Source: Candidatus Latescibacterota bacterium
Lineage (GTDB): Bacteria; Latescibacterota; UBA2968; UBA8231
NCBI GenBank assembly: GCA_965203175.1
Contig: OZ241867.1
Span: 320,001-384,000, forward strand
Direction of reading: 5' to 3'
DNA length: 64,000 nt
Notes under the pieces: generated by a model
The model's input: the letters and a program-made list of their open reading frames with translations, nothing else
Databases searched by the model: none
Told to the model about the DNA's origin: nothing
Shown here: positions 59,015 to 64,000 of the stretch, one piece after another
How the letters are laid out: every line of letters begins with the position of its first letter
Position numbering within the stretch: the first letter of the stretch is position 1
Position numbers and translations under genes: made by a program

Positions 59015-60795
59015 GCACCGAACTCAACAAAGAAGAAGAAATCCAGGAACGCGCCTTCAACTTGGGGCTGACGCTGCAACTGTTGGGGTATCTCAAGCCC
59101 CACCGCGGGCACGTAATCCTCGCCTTCGGCACCATTGCCCTCGCCGCAGGCTTCGGCCAGATCGGTCCCTATCTAACGCAGGTGGCGGTGGATGACTACA
59201 TCGCCGTCGGCGACTGGGTGGGCTTGCGGTGGATGATCGCGGCCTTCTTTGGCAGCGTTGCCGTGCAGTACGGTGCCCAATACGCCCAGACCTTGGTCAC
59301 CGGCATGATCGGCCAGCGCGTCATGTACGACATGCGCCGCGATCTCTTCGCCCATCTGCAAAAGCTGCCGCTGCGCTACTTCGACCGCACGCCGCTGGGC
59401 CGGGTTATGACCCGCGCCACCAACGACATCGACGCCCTCAACGAGTTTTTCAGCGAGGGCGTCGTCTCGGTCTTTATGGACCTGTTCACCCTGCTGGCCA
59501 TCGTCGGCTTCATGGCCTATATCGACATCGAGCTCGCCCTGATCTGCTGCACAGTGGTTCCAGTCATCGCCGTCTCGACCTTCTACCTGCAGGGCCTAGC
59601 CATGCGCGCCTATCGCGAGTTGCGCACGCGCTTGGCGCGGCTCAATGCCTATTTGCAAGAGAATATCACCGGTGTGGAGGTGGTGCAGCTCTTCAACCGC
59701 CAGCAGCGCAATTTGCGCGACTTCGACGCCGAGCACCTACCCTATCGCCGCGCCGAGGACCGCGAAATTCACTGCTTTGCCGTCTTCTTTCCCCTCACCG
59801 AATTACTCGGCACTGTCGGCATGGTGCTGGTGCTGTGGTACGGGGCTTCGGACGTGATCGACGGCCGCATTGAGCTGGGGGTGCTGGTGGCCTTTCTCCA
59901 GTACATCCGCCGCTTCTTCCGCCCGATTATGGACATCTCCGACCGCTATGCCCTGCTACAGAGCGCCATGGCCGCGTCCGAGCGCATCTTCGAACTGTTG
60001 GCCGTCCCCGGCGAACCCACCGGCGGACCGCGGCGCAATCTGCCCGTGGCCAGCCGAGGCGGGCAGATTGAATTCCGCAACGTGTTCTTTAAATACGATC
60101 CAACAGCCGAAGACTGGATTCTCAAGGATGTCTCGTTTGAACTACAGGCCGGGCAGAGCATGGCATTGGTCGGGGCCACTGGTTCGGGCAAGACCACCAT
60201 CGTCAACCTCCTCTGCCGCTTCTACGACATCCAGCGCGGAGAAATCCTCGTCGATGGCCGCGACGTGCGCCAATGGCACGCCGCGGAATTGCGCCGTCGC
60301 ATCAGCATCGTCCAGCAGGAGGTCTTCTTATTTTCTGGGAATATCAGCGGCAACATCCGCCTCGGGGAGGACGCCATCGACGACGCCCAAGTCGAGCGCG
60401 CGGCCCGCTACGTCAACGCCGCGCCCTTCATCGAACGCCTCCCCCAAGGCTACGCCCACGCCGTAGCCGAAGGCGGCTCGACCCTATCGGCCGGCCAGCG
60501 CCAATTGTTGGCCTTTGCCCGAGCCTTGGCCTTCGACCCGGAAATCCTCGTCCTCGACGAGGCCACCTCCAGCATCGACACCGAGACCGAACAACTCATC
60601 CAAGACGCCATCGCCAAGCTGATGAGCGAGCGCACCTCCATCGTCATCGCCCACCGCCTCTCTACCATTCGCAGTGCCGACCAGATCTTGGTGATGCACC
60701 GAGGCGAAGTGCGCGAGCGGGGCCGCCACGAAGACCTCTTGCTCCAAGACGGCATCTATGCGCGGCTCCACCGCCTCAACTACGGCCGCTCTTAG
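59011..60795 (+). CDS. ABC exporter, fused permease/ATPase (MdlB-like partner)
   Basis: GATGSGKT, LSAGQRQ and LDEATS; overlaps the stop of the preceding gene. Confidence 0.92.
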   Translation: MSTELNKEEEIQERAFNLGLTLQLLGYLKPHRGHVILAFGTIALAAGFGQIGPYLTQVAVDDYIAVGDWVGLRWMIAAFFGSVAVQYGAQYAQTLVTGMIGQRVMYDMRRDLFAHLQKLPLRYFDRTPLGRVMTRATNDIDALNEFFSEGVVSVFMDLFTLLAIVGFMAYIDIELALICCTVVPVIAVSTFYLQGLAMRAYRELRTRLARLNAYLQENITGVEVVQLFNRQQRNLRDFDAEHLPYRRAEDREIHCFAVFFPLTELLGTVGMVLVLWYGASDVIDGRIELGVLVAFLQYIRRFFRPIMDISDRYALLQSAMAASERIFELLAVPGEPTGGPRRNLPVASRGGQIEFRNVFFKYDPTAEDWILKDVSFELQAGQSMALVGATGSGKTTIVNLLCRFYDIQRGEILVDGRDVRQWHAAELRRRISIVQQEVFLFSGNISGNIRLGEDAIDDAQVERAARYVNAAPFIERLPQGYAHAVAEGGSTLSAGQRQLLAFARALAFDPEILVLDEATSSIDTETEQLIQDAIAKLMSERTSIVIAHRLSTIRSADQILVMHRGEVRERGRHEDLLLQDGIYARLHRLNYGRS

Positions 60796-61046
60796 GCCGC
60801 CTCTTCCTCCTGTGGGGCCTTCTTTTCGAACCGCGCCGTCACCCCGTTCACAGCCTTCACCACTTGGTCGCGCGTTTCTTCGGCTTGGTCCTTGATCAAG
60901 CGCCGGGTGTCCTCGCCCTTGTTCGGGGCCAGTAACACACCCACGGCTGCGCCAACCGCGACGCCAGCCACAAAACCGGCCAAGAGACACGTCATGCCGT
61001 CGGTCGCGGTCGAATTGTTCCTCGGATAAATTTTTTCGTAGAACAT
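60792..61046 (-). CDS. YtxH-domain protein
   Basis: GFVAGVAVGAAVGVLLAP..GEDTR motif; GGAG SD upstream. Confidence 0.85.
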   Translation of the reverse strand: MFYEKIYPRNNSTATDGMTCLLAGFVAGVAVGAAVGVLLAPNKGEDTRRLIKDQAEETRDQVVKAVNGVTARFEKKAPQEEEAA

Positions 61047-61184
61047 GTCAAAGCTCCTTTAGCTTATGGATGTGATTGCTATCTATCAAAGAAAATAAAG
61101 TGTGTTGAATAAAACCAATGCTATTTTTATACTCTAAGGCTAAATCCTTCCCTCTTCCCCCCCGCCAACGCTGAGAGGACTTCC

Positions 61185-62666
61185 ATGGCCCAAGTCCTGA
61201 GCACCCCTTCGCACAGCCTCAAAGAATTTCGCATTCTGCCTGGGTACACGCCCACCGACGGCAACGCGCCCAACGCGTCGCTCAAAACCCGGCTCTGCCG
61301 CAAGGGGGACGACTTTCTCTATCTGCACGTGCCCTTTCTCAGCGCCGCCATGCAGGCCGTAACTGGCGGCGAAATGGCCATTGCTTTGGCCCAGCTAGGC
61401 GGCATCGGCATCCTGCCCGTCAGCCAGCCCATTGACGAGCAGTGCGCCAAGGTCGGCCAAGTCAAGCGCTTCAAGGCCGGCTTTCAGACCGATATTCTCA
61501 CCTTGGCCCCTGAGCAACCCATCGCCGAGGTCGTCGAGATCATCTACCGCACCGGCTATACGACCTTCCCGGTCACCACCAGCGGCCAGTTCCACGACCA
61601 GCTCCTCGGCATCCTCACCGACAAGGACTTCGACGAGCGCCGCGACCTCGACTGCCAAGTGGCCTCCCGCATGAAAACCGATGTGCAGGCCGGCCGCGAA
61701 ATAAGCGACCTCAAGGCCGCCAACGAGCTGATGATCCGCTATGGCCGCGGCTTCCTGCCCATCCTGTCCAAGGGGGGCGTGCTACAAGCAGTCGTCTTCA
61801 AAAAGGACCTCGACAAGCACCTGCGGCATCCCAACGAATCCATCGACGAAAAGAAGCGCCTGCTCGTCGGCGCGGCCGTCTCCACCCACCCGGAGGACCG
61901 CGAGCGAGCCGAAGCCCTCATCGCGCAAGAAGTGGACGTGCTGGTCATCGACGCCTCCGACGGCCACACCGAGTACCAGCGGCAGATGATCCAATTCCTC
62001 AAGGAGCGCACCGACGCCCCAGTCATCGGCGGCAACGTCGTCACGGCCGAGGGATTTCGCTTCTTGGCCGAGGCCGGTACCGACGCCATCAAAGTGGGCA
62101 TGGGGATCGGCTCGGGCTGCATTACGCAGGAAGTCAAGGCCACCGGCCGCGGCCAAGGCACGGCCTTGATGGAAATCAACGCGGCGCGCAACCAGTGGCA
62201 GCAGGATTGCAACGCGTACTTGCCCATCATCGCCGACGGCGGCATCTCGGGTCCAGCCGAGATCGCCGTGGCCATGGCCTTGGGTGCCAACGCCGTGATG
62301 ATGGGGCACTTCTTCGCCGGCTACACCGAAAGCCAAGGCAACCTCGTGCGCACCGCGGCTGGCGATGTTGTCAAAGAGTACTGGATGGAAGGTTCGCTGC
62401 GCGCTCACAACATGCGGCGCTATGCACAGACGCGAGAGAATTTCTTCGAGGAGGGCATCTCCGGTTACGTGCCCCACATCGGTTCGATGCACGACAAATT
62501 GCCGATCCGCATCCAGATGCTGCGCGCCACCCTTGCCACGGCTGGTTGCCGCACCATCGACGAGCTACACGAAAAGGCCGTGCTCGAAATGCAGTCGCCC
62601 ACCGCGCTGATGGACAGCCAGATCCACGACATCGTTCCCACCCAGACCGACCAGCAGGTCCTCTAG
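61185..62666 (+). CDS. guaB: IMP dehydrogenase with CBS subdomain
   Basis: SAAMQAV, GNVVT, catalytic loop GIGSGCIT, ADGG and KEYWMEGS. Confidence 0.93.
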   Translation: MAQVLSTPSHSLKEFRILPGYTPTDGNAPNASLKTRLCRKGDDFLYLHVPFLSAAMQAVTGGEMAIALAQLGGIGILPVSQPIDEQCAKVGQVKRFKAGFQTDILTLAPEQPIAEVVEIIYRTGYTTFPVTTSGQFHDQLLGILTDKDFDERRDLDCQVASRMKTDVQAGREISDLKAANELMIRYGRGFLPILSKGGVLQAVVFKKDLDKHLRHPNESIDEKKRLLVGAAVSTHPEDRERAEALIAQEVDVLVIDASDGHTEYQRQMIQFLKERTDAPVIGGNVVTAEGFRFLAEAGTDAIKVGMGIGSGCITQEVKATGRGQGTALMEINAARNQWQQDCNAYLPIIADGGISGPAEIAVAMALGANAVMMGHFFAGYTESQGNLVRTAAGDVVKEYWMEGSLRAHNMRRYAQTRENFFEEGISGYVPHIGSMHDKLPIRIQMLRATLATAGCRTIDELHEKAVLEMQSPTALMDSQIHDIVPTQTDQQVL

Positions 62667-62669
62667 GCT

Positions 62670-63359
62670 ATGCGCGTACTCATTACCAACGCCGCTACCT
62701 CGCTCGGCCAAGCCCTAGCCAATGGCCTCGGCGACGAACACCAACTGCGCTTGACCGACCCCGAGCCTAGATTCGAGATTCAGTGCGATCTGGGGCACGA
62801 CTCAGAGACCGACGCGCTCGTCAAAGACATCGACATCATCGTCCACCTCGCCTACGCGCCGCGCGACGGCGACGGCGAGATCACTTGGCTGGACCGCAAT
62901 ACGCGCGGCACGTACAATCTGCTCTTGGCCGCGGCCGCCGCGAAGGTCGAACACGCCATTCTCTTGAGCACGCTCGACCTTTTTGCCCCATACGAAGACG
63001 ATCTCACTGTTGACGAGACTTGGAAACCACTACCCTCCTGCGCGCCGGCTGTTCTCGGCGCTCACCTAGCCGAGTTTACGGCCCGCGAATTTGCCCACAG
63101 CCACGAACTCCACATCACCATTGCCCGCCTTGGCCACCTCGTCCGCGCCGAAGAGGTCGCCGACCAGCCCTACGATTCCATGTGGCTCGACGAGCGCGAC
63201 GCCGTCCAAGCCGTGGCCCAGATTGTGCAAAAGGGGCCAGCCGGCCAGTACAACGCCATCCACATCCAGTCCGCGGCAACGCGCGCCCGCTTTTCCGTTG
63301 AGCGCGCCAAGAGCCACCTAACGTTCGATCCCCAATACAACTTTGAGGCCAACCCATGA
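62670..63359 (+). CDS. NAD-dependent epimerase/dehydratase-like protein with degenerate motifs
   Basis: MRVLIT..., IIVHLA and N..GTYNLL.AA. The Gly-rich and YxxxK motifs are altered. Confidence 0.75.
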   Translation: MRVLITNAATSLGQALANGLGDEHQLRLTDPEPRFEIQCDLGHDSETDALVKDIDIIVHLAYAPRDGDGEITWLDRNTRGTYNLLLAAAAAKVEHAILLSTLDLFAPYEDDLTVDETWKPLPSCAPAVLGAHLAEFTAREFAHSHELHITIARLGHLVRAEEVADQPYDSMWLDERDAVQAVAQIVQKGPAGQYNAIHIQSAATRARFSVERAKSHLTFDPQYNFEANP

Positions 63360-64000
63360 AAGTTTTGCTCCTCGGTGGCAATGGCTTTCTCGGCCCGCAC
63401 GTGGTTAGGCAACTTCAGGACACCTACGAGTTGCGCATCACTGACATCGTGCCAATCGACAGCCCCCACGAGACCATGCAGGTGGACGTCTCCGATCTCG
63501 ACCAAGTGCGTCGCGCCACCGAAGGCACCGACGTAACCATCAACTGCTCAGTACTGCGCCACGACCGCAAGATCGCCTTTGACGTCAGTACCACCGGCAC
63601 GTACAACGGCATCCGCGCCGCCGTCGAGAACGGCCACACCCGCTTCGTCAACACCGGGCCCCACTTTACCCAAGCCGGGCCCTCGTACGAGCACTACGAT
63701 TTCGACATCAACGAGGAAGTCCCCCTGCATTCGGGCGTCGGCCTCTACGCCCACACCAAATCGCTCGGCCAAGAGATTTGCCGCGTATTCGCCGCCAACC
63801 ACCCCATCCACGTACTCACCACCCTCTTTCTGAGCTTTCGCGACGCCGAGCCGTCAGCCGAGCAACTCGGCAGCGGCACCAATCCCTTTTCCGTCACCTT
63901 TCCCGACGCCGCCCGCGCCCTGCAAAAGTGCCTAGAGGTGGACTTGGCGTCCCTGCCTTCGCGCTGCGAGATTTTTCACATCACCACGGACACACCCCAC
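63356..64000 (+). CDS. NAD-dependent epimerase/dehydratase (uronate dehydrogenase-like); runs off the window
   Basis: MKVLLLGGNGFLG start and YAHTK (YxxxK); ATG overlaps the previous TGA. Confidence 0.85.
   Translation, partial: MKVLLLGGNGFLGPHVVRQLQDTYELRITDIVPIDSPHETMQVDVSDLDQVRRATEGTDVTINCSVLRHDRKIAFDVSTTGTYNGIRAAVENGHTRFVNTGPHFTQAGPSYEHYDFDINEEVPLHSGVGLYAHTKSLGQEICRVFAANHPIHVLTTLFLSFRDAEPSAEQLGSGTNPFSVTFPDAARALQKCLEVDLASLPSRCEIFHITTDTPH

Overview
A GC-rich bacterial window, probably from an FCB-group organism. The T9SS/FlgD-Ig sorting domains, giant Calx-beta proteins and LRR/TPR/HEAT proteins suggest a Latescibacterota/Gemmatimonadota-like, possibly sponge-associated genome; this is inference. 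The housekeeping backbone is lolC/E-prfB (+1 frameshift)-S8 protease-lolA-ftsK-tsaD, moaDE, yfhO-GT4-hisB-hisD, hisG, a selenoprotein missed by the ORF track, rdgB, an ABC pair and guaB. It is interrupted by several IS200/IS605 elements and two secreted-adhesin loci. A ~19.3 kb mosaic island splits hisG from hisD. It carries a tnpB element, MTase/IS30/histidine-kinase remnants, two modular secreted proteins, an ORF-less group II intron, an IS701 and a second giant Calx-beta gene. The most notable signal is a ~350-nt non-coding, highly structured, apparently pseudoknotted RNA carried between IS200/IS605 ends. It occurs three times (two near-identical copies and one divergent partial copy with compensatory base changes), and I do not recognise it as any known family. 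An orphan TnpB omegaRNA-like right end and clear guide/target covariation across the IS ends are also visible.
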